NCBI GenBank assembly: GCA_002189035.1
Contig: CM007992.1
Coordinates: 1,736,001-1,800,000, forward strand
Direction: 5' to 3'
Origin: Utricularia gibba
Taxonomy: Eukaryota > Plantae > Magnoliophyta
DNA: 64,000 nt
In this document: one piece after another, positions 40,574 through 52,015 of the stretch
Numbering within the stretch: the first letter of the stretch is position 1
How the letters are laid out: every line of letters starts with the position of its first letter
Translations under genes and position numbers: made by a program
Notes under the pieces: generated by a model
Told to the model about the DNA's origin: nothing
Seen by the model: only the letters and a program-made list of their open reading frames with translations
Database searches by the model: none

Positions 40574-41210
40574 GCTCTGATACCAAATGATGTGACCTCT
40601 AATTTAGAGAGATTAGTAACCCAGAAACATGAGGTGATTTTAATGCTTAAAAATGATCCCACCCAAATCTATCCTCAAGAGAATGAATCTCTTGTAACCA
40701 GGCTATGAAAGAAAGGGAAATTAAGAATCACACTTCAGAAAAAGGAGGGATTGGAAGGGATAATTTTAGGATACCACAAGCTATAAGTTTGATAAGTCAA
40801 CAATGTTCAAGCACTTGAAGAAGAGAAAATTCTTCACATGATATATGAAATGAACTACAAGTCCTGAAATAGTACATCATAAGAATATTTATACTCTAAA
40901 ATAGGACTTTAACATTATTAAGCCCAAACTAAATAAAAAAAGAAAAGTGTAACACACATCAAAGATGAAGAGATGTTTTGGATTTTAAGGTAGATGCAAC
41001 TTCAAATAGTTAAACTCTTTTGATGGTAAGTTTTTAAGCCTAAGTTTGATTCCAATACTGTTGAATAAAACCTTGAGTATATCTTCAATCATCTTACTCT
41101 TGCTCCTTGTTATTAGTCCTGGAAGAATAATCTTACTGTCCAAAGTGTTCACTTGTGCAATATTATCATTATTCTTTAAATATTCTTTATCATCTTGGTA
41201 AGGCTCATCA
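40574..41210 (-). repeat. 5' LTR of the outer CRM element (40588-41210, 623 bp) with PBS (40574-40585)
   Basis: Exact TGGTATCAGAGC on the minus strand 2 nt after the LTR. The TSD GTTAC follows the outer end. Confidence 0.92.
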
Positions 41211-41681
41211 GTTACTTTCTATGTTGAGATTTAATTTTATATATTCAACTTGTCTATTACTATTAATCTGAACTTGGACTAAAAATCACGTTTATTTTGC
41301 AGACTTGCATATGATAAAAACACACAATAAGCACTTGTTTTTTGATTGACTCTGAAATTCTACTATACGTCTTATGTTTGGTTTATATTTTGTGAAAACT
41401 AGAGTTTATAAAATTTATTTGATACAAAAAATTAATTTTATTATAATGATATCCAAAATTTTCATTTATCAAAGCCACACTTATAAGGACTTCATATGAA
41501 TATGGGTTAGTCATAATCCATCTCTATATGAGATTTCATACCCCTTCATCTCACCACATACAATCATTAGCTATGGGGTAACTCATGCCCCTAAAGACCA
41601 TATATCAATATGTGTTGTGTTATATAAACTTAAATAAAATAAAAAATTAATATAAATGTAAAAAAAAATAATGAAGTTAAC

Positions 41682-41706
41682 TATATATATATATATATAT
41701 ATATAT
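41682..41706. repeat. (TA)n microsatellite
   Basis: About 12 uninterrupted TA units. Confidence 0.95.
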
Positions 41707-44700
41707 TATGTATAATTATTTATTTTTCGAATATTGCGAATCATAATATTTTTTTAAATATACAATATTATAATCTATACTTATTATAAATCATCATTAA
41801 TAATTATTTACCTAAAAATTCATGAACAAAGTTAATTATATTCTTTTCAAATTTATATTTTTAATATAAATTATATTTCAAATATATATTTTTATCAAAT
41901 TAAATACTGTAGTTATTAAATACAATATTTATACATCGAGTGAAATATTTTACAAAAGTCGAGTTTACTTTAAAAAAATAACTTCAAAAATATATTTTTT
42001 TATGCGAATCGAATGTCTAGGAAATAACTCTAGCGAAGGCGGAACATTTTTTTTAGATATGGAACTGAAACAAACCCTAATTTAGCTTTTTGGATGAAAT
42101 GGTTGGGATAATAAAAAAAAAAGGATTTATATGGAACAACATACTCGTTTTGAGAAAACATTATAAAAATAATTTTATCATCAAGAATCTTAATTTTATA
42201 AGAGCATTATTTTTTAGACATAAATATCAAAACGTTTTTATTTTTAAGAATGTAAAATTTAACATTTATTTAATTAGAAGTAATTATCTGAATAATTTTC
42301 GAAAAACAAAATTAAACAAAACCTTAATCTTTTAAATTGAAAGTAATACGTATACACGAATAAGCCCTTCAATTCCTCTTTTGAACTATCCTAATCTTTA
42401 AAGTATATGATGTATATAAAAGTGTTTGAATTACCACTTTACATCATATAAACACATATATAATGTTCAAAAGAAAATACTACATCCCCAGCTAAATTTA
42501 AAATAAAAAAAATTAAAAATTGTTAATAAAATACACCACACAACTAAAAGTCACTACAGCAAAACTAACGGTGGCTCAATGCTACACACAACATTTCCTT
42601 GAAAGACGAAAGGCCCCATTTTTCTGTTGTTGCATTTATCAACCAACCACCAATGGCTTCCTCCATGGATCTTCATGACCCTGGATTAGAAAGACAAACA
42701 GACCAGGAAGGATACCAATAAAACTGCCCTCAGAAGTGTGAGTCTTAAAACTTTTGGGCATCCAATAAAGCCATTCCACCACCATCAACTGACCTCCCAA
42801 TAATAATAATAATAACAATGACAGCATGGTGCATCCTGAAGCCGCCCCTGGCGACCACAAAGATCAACTGAGAGTGATCAAGGAATGATGAGGAGAGGAA
42901 AGAAGAAGAAGAAGGAGAAGATGAACTACGACAGAAGATGGTGGAGGAGGCAATAGTTGGAAACCAAAGCCAGGAAACACTACTTTCCTTAGGAGGCATC
43001 ATTGGGCTACCCCCCAACATAAAAAACAGCTCAACAAACAAAAAGAAACGCCTGAGGAAGCTGATTGATGCAAAGATGGGCACAAAGAATTTGTTAAGCA
43101 AGCATTAAACGTTATTAGCAACGACTGCACATACCAGACAGCAGGAAAAAAATCGGGCATTCATAAGACATTCAAAAAAGGGCGAAATCTATGGCTGTTC
43201 TAACCAGCAAAGACTCAAGGTCAAGTGAAGTGTTTAAAAATCTCCATCCCAGGAAACATAAGCATCATTTTTCTGCCATGCATTAGGATAGCATATAAAA
43301 ACATTTTAAAACACAAAGCCTTAACATTTAAGAACACCTCTATGTCGTAAAAAATTTTCAAATGAGCCCTCAGATCTCATAGCTTCTGAGAATCACGAGC
43401 AGCAAAAATAAAAAAAAATGACGGATTGGTTTATCAAAGGCGATCTGGACACGGCCATGAACACCACCAACTTCCAGTGCAAGTGTGTGCTTCTCTATCC
43501 ATTTGGAAATAGAATTAGGACGAAGATGGAAAGGGTGGTGGCGGCAAGGGTGAGTGGAAGCGGCGGATTATCCGACCGATGCACCAGAAGGCCAACGACA
43601 AATCCAAAACATCGCACTGCTTCAAATTTATAATATTTTTCCATCATCGGGCGTTTTCCTTTTCCAGACAAACCAAAACGGAGGGACCACATTCGTAGCG
43701 AAAACGAAAAAACAAAAAAAACAACGCTTCTTCAATTGAATGAGAAGAGCATTCTGATGCGCTCGTCTAGGGTTAATCAACGAAGCTGAAGCGATGGGGG
43801 CCGACTCACAAGGCCCGGTTGCTATAATTGCTATTTTAACCAGTTCATGTTTTCGTAAAAACAAATTATAGAAATAATTTTATTGTCTATACTCCTCATT
43901 TCAAAAAGAATATAAATATAGAAGAATTTATTATTTTTAAGAATCTACATAATCTCAATTTATATTTATTATAAATATTTCTTGAAAAATACTTTTTGAG
44001 AAATAAATTTAAATGGAAGCCCTAAGTTTGATGGTTCTAACTTTCATTTACCTACCCACTCCCTAAAAAAGAATACGAAAATTATAAGAAATGATTAATA
44101 TAGTATTTTAATTAACTATTTATTTGACTATTATTTGTTATAGATAAATATACACTTCATAATTAAAATTAAATTTAAAATTGTGTCGACTATTTAATTT
44201 TTATAAATCTATTTCTAAAAGAATATGATATTTAATGAAAATTTTTATGTTGTATAAAATAATCAAATTTTATTTAATTAAAAAATTACATCAAAATAGT
44301 GTACATTTAATATATAATGAACGAATTTCGATTGGTTTATGTTATGCTTTTTTCTTCAAAAAATTAAAAGATATTTTTTATTAGAACTAAGTTTTTCCTA
44401 TACAACTAAAACAGACCAGGACACTGCACGTTCTAACATGGTTAATCTTCCTTCTCGGATCATACCAAAACAAAACACCCTGTCCGGGTTCAGTGTCCTA
44501 ATTGCACTCAACGAAAAAGGCCGAAAAAATAAACGAAAAACGTTTAGTAGCGGCTTTTTTTGGTCAAGTGGTATCACTATCATCCCATCCCATCCCCGAC
44601 TCAGAAAAATATGTTGTTCCTGACCTCTCAAAAAGAGCAGACGCCTAATGGGCCGGGGGTGTACTCAAAATCACTCCCTACGGTTTGCGTATTTGAAGGC

Positions 44701-44754
44701 AGACGCAAGCACTCCATCAACGCCGAAGCAAAAGAGGGCGAGACGGGGCGAGGA

Positions 44755-47700
44755 TCAACATGAAGAAGGCATCTCACTGGTTTGATGACTGACCTGCGGC
44801 GACTCGGTGGCAGACTGCAACACCCATAAACAGATTTGATTTTATATGCAGGAATGTTGTTCTACAGTTCATCGGGCATACCTCTACTTCATGCAGCAGC
44901 TCCTCGAGCTGGATCCTGATCTCGGTGAAGGAAGGCCGGTGGCTTGGAACCTCCTCCCAGCACCTCTGCATCAGCCGTAGTAACTTTGGATCAACGTCGT
45001 TTGGAGGTTCTGGCCGAAGACCCTGTGAAGTAATCAGAACGAGATCAACCAAGGGAGGAACCATGAATTAATGGCAATAATGCAAAGAAGAGCATGCCAT
45101 TGGCCATGGTTAAATACTTCCAAAGACAACCTTCTTTTGGTTACAGGGATGTTTAGTCAATTTCACCTTCACAAATCAATGGTGCTATACCAAGAGCTAG
45201 GAATGGCGCACATCTCATGATTAGTGAAACAAGTAAAGTTTTCATCATGGCATGAGGGTGTATGAGACGGCAATGCATGAGCCTAAGGACGTTAAAAAAT
45301 ACCTTTCTTACTCCTAGTGCGGCTTGCACAGGGCTCATGTTATCGTAAGGAACCTTTAACAGAAGTCAGCAAAAAAGAGATGTTAAAAAATGGAATATCC
45401 TCATGCAGGTAAAGTACATCTTTTGACTGCTGTTTAGAAAAACAAAACAAAAAAACACGTTTGGCAATTCACATTTTTATGGGGATATTTAGATCGAGAT
45501 CTGTAAAACAAACACCTTTGCAGTCAGAAGCTCCCAAAGCACTATGCCAAAACTGAACACATCTGCTTTGTGGTCATAAGGTTGGTGATTGATCACCTAC
45601 CAGAAGAAGAACATTAGAAAACGTCGAAGGGCAGAGAATGTCTTCTTCTTGAAAAGATACCGTGGACCCTGAATAAATAAATGAGCGAAATCTGTACCTC
45701 AGGTGCCATCCATCGATACGTTCCAGTCTCAGCTGTCATAACCCCACCCTTGTTCTGAAACCGTGCGATTCCAAAATCTGCCACTTTAACAACCTTGAAA
45801 TATAGTTGAAGATCAAAGGGTTACACAATCCTAATCCCAGTTAATGAACTACATAATTTAGACTACATATCCGTACACCATTAGAAAAGGATCACAGCAA
45901 ATGAGCAAAGAGCCTGGAATTGATCTTTTGAACTCACGTTTGAAGCATCCAAGAGCAAGTTTGCCGTCTTTAGATCCCTGTGAATGATACTCTTTTGATG
46001 AAGGTATTCCATGCCTTTGCTGGCATCAATTGCAAACCGCAGCAACTGAGGAAACTTTAGCTTGCGGTGATTCTTACGCAAATAATCATACAAGCTCCCA
46101 CCAGACATATATTCTACCAAAAAAAAAAAAAAAACAGATGGATGTCGAAACTTAGTTAGAAGTTACTCTATAAATATCGTGCTGCTGTTGTAAAAATTGT
46201 GCTACCTGTTACTATGAGTAAATGTGGCAACTTTGTGTAAGCACCAATGAATTCTATGACATTTCTGTGCTGTATGTGTCTGTGGGGTAAGTACAAAGAA
46301 AGAGAAATCAATTTGAATCAAACTCACTATACCAAAGCTGAACATGACTCCGACAAGCTTGCATAATCAAACAGTTACCTTAAAATGGCAATCTCCTGCG
46401 AAAACTCACCCTGTGCAGAGGTATTCAGATGTTCAGGCCGAAGGATCTTTACAGCAACCTCTTTACCATGATATACTCCTAGATGCCTATTCATTAAAAA
46501 TCAGTGTTGTGTAAAGGATTTAGTAAAATCATATAATAAGCTAATTTTCATTTAATCAAAGTTATCCATCAAACTGACAAGTCTCCAGAAGAACCAGATG
46601 CAACTTTTTCCCCAATTTTCAACTGCCCCAAATTTATTTCCCACTCTTCATGTGATGTTTCATTGGAAATAGCTTTCTCGGGGATCATTGAGGAGTTTGA
46701 AGGTCCCGGACGTGATCTCTAAGAATGGAAAGTGAAAGACATGTCATACCGCTGATATCCAACAACATACAGGAAAAGGAAACAGGGGAGGATAACAGTC
46801 TATTGATAAAAAGAGATGACGTTTTACAATGGAGCTAAGGAAATGAAACACAAGCATCATTAAATTACCTTAATTGCATTGTTCACCGCATCATATAAAC
46901 CCTCTATATCCTACCAAATGTTTCCAAAGTCAGAAGATGGACGGTAATCAAGCACACAAAAAATCCAGAACAACTTCAAACAACCTGTGACTACATAAAG
47001 GAGATTGCAGGAACAATGCGTGAACCTACTCTGTTTAAAGAACCCCAAATCCCAAATACAGAAGTGATCAAATTTAATGTGAATATACCTCAACCCACCC
47101 ATCAACTACAAACACGTCCAAAGAATAGCCATCCGTGGTAGAAAATACATGAGCTTCACGAATGTTAAGCCCTATGTCAGAGAGCAGAGCTGAAAGCTGC
47201 AGAAATAAAAGGTAGCTCAAAATACTAGTGGTTGAAATATAGCATGTTTTGCAGGAAAAAAAAAATGTGGACACTTAAAAAAGTGAAAATAGCTGAGTAG
47301 CAGATGCCGCTGAAGTATGGGACATTTCAAGATTAGCAAGCAACACCATCCAAGTGGATTTCAAGGTAAAACAAAACTTGAGAAATGAAGCCATAAAAAA
47401 ATGCAACATTGTTGCAAAAAAACTGAAATAGCCTTCTTTTTTACCTGGCAGAGAAGCTTCGGCTTGTCAGTGGTTGAAAATATTATTTCATGAATTGGTG
47501 GTGCATTTGATGCCTCCACCCTGCAGCATTGATAATCAAGCTCCCTCTCAGGTCTCATTACCATTAAGTAAATAGATATAAATATAAACCTTCATAACCA
47601 CAAACAAAAAGGCAAATTTCATTTCAAAAAGTTACCCTCTGGAACCTTCAGCCAGTGGTTTGCTGATCCCATCATCATTATTCCTAACACCCAAATTTAG

Positions 47701-48934
47701 ATCCTCGAGCTTAGAGCAAGCCTCAACATCACGCTCATGATTCCTGTTCCCAAGCACAGTCAAAACTATCAGAAGCAATGCGCTTCATAAATCAAATGAA
47801 CAAATGACTTATACAATAAACAACCACCGGTCACACAATGCATTTACATCCTCGATAACGTTGCCATGTGGAAATGGGGTGGCATCTGGATCCCTTCGGT
47901 ATCAAAATCATCTCTGCTACAGATATTCTGACAGCAACAGAGTAATAGAATAAAGAATAAGGCATACACTAACGGAAAACTACCAGAAAATGGGAACAGC
48001 CTTATGGAACCATTTTGATTCAAGAAACACACTAGTATTCCATTGAAGTCTAAAATATTGACAACACAATTCTAATTCACAGTACTTTTATTACGCCTGA
48101 CCTAGGGAGGGAAAAATAAATGAAAAACTGAAACGGAGGAAATTGAAGAATGTTAGAGCAAAAAAAGTATACAAACGTAAGCAAGTACCTCTGAAAGGCG
48201 GATGTGAAAAACAGGTATATCAGAGTCCCTTGCTCTTGCTAAAAGCTTCTGATGCAGCAACACGTCTTCAACTCTTTCCATATTGATATCGGACCCATAA
48301 CTGGAAAACGAACACCATGAATTACGAATGATGTTGATGTGCTAGAATAACATTAACAGCGAGTCAAAAGGCACTTGCATACCAGAAACATCATCCCTAA
48401 AATTCAACTAGTCCAGTTCAAAAAAAAGAGTGTACGAACTTTTTATTAAGTTCAACATGAAACAAAGGAATATTCAACAAACCCATTATTTGCCTAAAAA
48501 TGATCTGAGTTCAGAGTCAAGGGTGACAAAATGTAATGAATTCATAGCAGCAATCCCAGCCACTGTGTCTCTAGGAAAAAGTATTGCAATCTTTCATCAT
48601 TTCGATAATCAACATCACGGGGATAAAACCAAACAAATATTCCCGTCCTTACGGAATGCTAAAGATACCCAACATGATCAACTGAAAGAAACAGCAAACA
48701 ATTCCCGCAAGAAAACGTAATTTCAAACCTTTGAGGCAGGCAATTGAAATGAGCCTCCAACTTCTCATGAAAATCAGGATCACTAATTGCCTCTTCGTTC
48801 CCAATCTCGATCAACCGATCATACACCTCTTTCCGGATTGCATCATTCACTCCCCCAGCACTTCCAGTGCCCGAAAAACTACTATAGCTATGCAGCGGTG
48901 ACGAACTCTCTCCAACCTCTTCCAGATACTCCAT
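44755..48934 (-). CDS. STY46-like: ACT-domain Raf-like Ser/Thr/Tyr kinase (STY8/17/46 family), 16 coding exons, 552 aa
   Basis: Exons: 48729-48934, 48189-48300, 47848-47927, 47636-47743, 47445-47520, 47089-47196, 46869-46910, 46579-46718, 46379-46486, 46206-46279, 45938-46113, 45698-45793, 45516-45596, 45303-45353, 44882-45022, 44755-44814. All introns are GT-AG and in phase (1659 nt). ACT motif [30 protein letters not shown]; [15 protein letters not shown] and APE are intact. The last exon is least certain. Confidence 0.93.
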
Positions 48935-50269
48935 AAAACCGTACCCGCCGCCGCATACAATAAAAGAAAAAAAAACAAAAAAGAATCCGTTCCAGAGCGA
49001 GATTAGCTCTGGGGATTTCAACCGCTGAAAGAATTCAAAAGTAAAGTAAGGTGGTTGAGTATTCCGACGAGCAAAAAGGTATAACTTCTTCCGCTCATAC
49101 TGTAGCACGAAAAGGGTCACCAACACGAAAAAAGAAGCTGGGATGGATCAGATAAGTTCACAAAATGTCGGTTTTTGGAAAGTGCAGAAGAAGACTAGAA
49201 ACCACTTCCACTTGACCAGCAAACAGTTTTTTTGCCGGTGGAAGACAAGGGAAAGAAAAAAAGTAGCGTGCAGAACGGGTCTGGCTTCTGGGTATTCAAT
49301 TTAAGCGGGTTTTGGAGTGGATAAGGCCGCAGGCCCGTGCGAGAGGCAAAGCCGGAAATGTGTGAAATGACAAGTAAGACCAACGAATCTTCCAAGAATC
49401 TCGCGTCCGATACCGACTCAGCCACCCGGCGCCGCCGTGTCATTTATGAATTTCTCTCTTTTTTTTACTTTTACATGATTTAACAAGGAAAAGAAATTAT
49501 CATTTGTACTTCCTGCTTGGCTTTGCTTTGCTTTATACAAAAAGGCCAGGGACGGATTATCCGGTTAATTATTAATTATCTGAATTTCCGTATCGCGGGG
49601 CCCGCCCCATCAAAATTATTGCCGAGCGACTTTTGGTTGACACAAAAAGAAGTTTCTGAATAAGATATTATTAAACATTTTAGAAAATATAATATGTTGT
49701 GCAATTTAAATGTACGTGATGAGTGAGAATGCTTTTTTTATTCCCTTGTCTGCATGCGTCTCTGTTCTGTGTTTGCTTCCCCAGAGTTTTGCTTCGTTCC
49801 GCTTAATAGCAGTTTGCAGTAAGTGAATACGCTTCACCTTGTACCATGAATTCTCCTTGTCCTGATATATTGAAGAGGGGATGGGATGGGGTCTCCCACC
49901 AGCGAACAACAAGAATCCTATCTTTTCCACAAAAATACATAACACTAAATGGCTTTCTGGTATAAACCATTTCAGAATCATCTGGCGTTGATGAGATTTT
50001 GGATTCTGGTGAGCAAGTTCAGGGGGAGTTCTTTACTTAATTGCATGTTGATGCACATTTTAGCAGGAAGTGTTGAACTGGGGATTCGTTGGCGTTCTAT
50101 AGTGGTTGTTTTGTTATGAGATTTCACCACCATCCACAGTAGCGAGGCATGGCGCATCATTAGCCATCACTGATGCTAATGGGAATGTCGTCCCTGTTTC
50201 AACTGAGAGCTACCTGCAAGTTCGTGATCCGGGGATGGGTGCTACATCAGCAGGTGGGGAACCCAAACA

Positions 50270-50915
50270 GGAGCTGATTGGTACGGTGCAATGGTCAGAC
50301 TCCTGATCACAGCCGTCTCCTGTCAGGAGGGGCAGGAACACAGGGAAAACGATGAAAAAGGAGGAGCACCGGGTGACAATCTCAAGAACGATGGCAGAAA
50401 GGAACCACTCTGCTTCACCTCAGTTATGTGAAGACAAATTCAATGATCTCAACAAGATGCACACGAGGATGAATGAGATACTTGGGAGGAGGGGGACTTG
50501 CAGTGAAGTTGTTGAGAACCCGTCTCTGTTAGATGCATTGGATCACGTATCGATGAAATCGAAGCAGGAAGTCGGAAGAATCCTCGGATCCAAGGATCTG
50601 TATTACTAAGAGATGCATTCATATCACGGTGGCAACTGCCAGCATCTACCTCCCAAACCCTGGGCGGCGCCGGCATTCGCTAACAACACCCTTCATGTCG
50701 GAAAATGTTGGTCAGCTTGGCGGCTGCTCGCAAAAGAGGCTTTGGATGCAGGAGCCGATGGTGAAGCTAGAGAAACCACGGCTCGCATGGATGGAGGAAA
50801 CTGTGAAGAAGGACAGGGAACTGGAACTGATGAAATCCAGAGGATGAAAGTGGAAAACGAACAGATGGCTTTTGAATTGAGACAAAGGGGAATGGGCATG
50901 GAAAACAGCAACTAG
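50270..50915 (+). pseudogene. Trihelix (At1g21200/HRA1-type Myb/SANT) transcription factor pseudogene
   Basis: AMVRLLITAVS, MAER..SPQLCEDKFNDLNK, VVENPSLLD, EMHSYHG.N and RMKVENEQMAFEL are spread over different frames, with an in-frame TAA at 50607-50609 and an internal deletion. Confidence 0.85.
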
Positions 50916-51990
50916 TGATGATTCTTTAGAAATCTCTATCCCTATCTTCCTTCCTCTTTTATCAGCGACTGCTGCTGTCATAAACGCAAATGGACGGGCA
51001 TCCTTACTCTTCCATATTTCCCACTCTCGCGTTTCTCTTTCGACAATCAGCAATCACACACACAAACTACAAATGAAACAACGCGAAGGACCTTGGCCAA
51101 GGGACACCGTAAAGGTACAGAAATACAGAACATCATCAATGCTTTTGCTCATCATTTGAGAAATGGGCAGTCCATTCACCAAACCCGTTTGCAACAGGAT
51201 CAGGGCGATTTGGGCTTCGTATGAAAGTGCACCGTTTCTTACTCCAAAAATCGCTTTTTTCTTGTTTAACGCTGTAGTCAGTTTCACGGTTTTTCCTTCC
51301 AAAAACGAAAAGAATAATTCTTGTGACTTGTGAGTTGCAGGAGCAGGAAGGATAGATATATTATAAAGCCCAAAAACAAAATAGTGTAAGAAATTATTAC
51401 TATAATCCCTCCATATTAAAAATAAAAAATACTAATGCCGTCATCTTCTATTTCTTATGTAAACTCATTTAATTAAAATGCAATCAACCACACTCTGGAG
51501 TTGATTTAGTTTAACCCTTTAATTGTTCATAACTAAATAGACAGGACTTAATGTTTAGAAAAATGTGATATTTGAGAAAAATTATATCTAGTTGCTAGAA
51601 ACGAGAAAATGTTATTTAATAAATGATCGAGTATAAAATCTGTTAACAAGATTTATATAAAAATCCTCAAAATATGCGTAATTAAATACTTTTTACTATA
51701 TAGAATATTATCAAATATTGAAACGACCATGGTGAGGAACGAAAATACAAATAAAACTTAGAAAGAAAATGTATTATTTGAGGTAAAGTAATGTTTTATA
51801 TATTATGAAAGGAGTGAGTCCAGTCCCATTTTGGAAGGATTAAAAGGGACAAAGAAGGTGACATTAGTGGGATCACTCACAATAATAGTAGTGATTCATC
51901 ATCATTGATACCAACGCCGTCCCTAACCTACTTTTCACGCTAATCAATTCATCCATCCAAACCCTTCGCCCTTCCTTCTTCTTCTATTTT

Positions 51991-52015
51991 ATTATTATTA
52001 TTATTATTATTATTA
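51991..52015. repeat. (ATT)n microsatellite
   Basis: Eight ATT units. Confidence 0.9.

Larger units (their letters stand above)
30836..41210 (-). mobile_element. CRM-clade chromovirus (Ty3/gypsy) complex with three LTRs
   Basis: Perfect TSD GTTAC (30831-30835 and 41211-41215). LTRs at 30836-~31360, 38022-38643 and 40588-41210, with two Met-tRNA PBSs. The integrase runs into the LTR with a CR-type motif (GPMIRSKSK). Confidence 0.9.
29834..41471 (+). mobile_element. Old Athila-type LTR split by the CRM complex (pieces 29834-30835 and 41216-41471, about 1.26 kb joined)
   Basis: Starts TGATAACACACATTTT, contains atgagtagctaa, and ends gagtttataaaatttatttgata...tttatCA like the ends of the LTRs at 10066 and 15128. 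Flanks aactt/aagcc are not a TSD. Confidence 0.6.

Noticed and set aside
42071-42080. AAACCCTAA telomere-like motif
   Set aside because: Single copy; at most a telo-box, not an interstitial telomeric array.
43205-43235. ttgaccttg on the minus strand suggesting a TAS3 tasiARF
   Set aside because: Only 9 nt match and no flanking miR390 sites are present.
51406-51817. Stowaway-like MITE
   Set aside because: Both ends only loosely resemble CTCCCTCC and the TA TSD is not clear.
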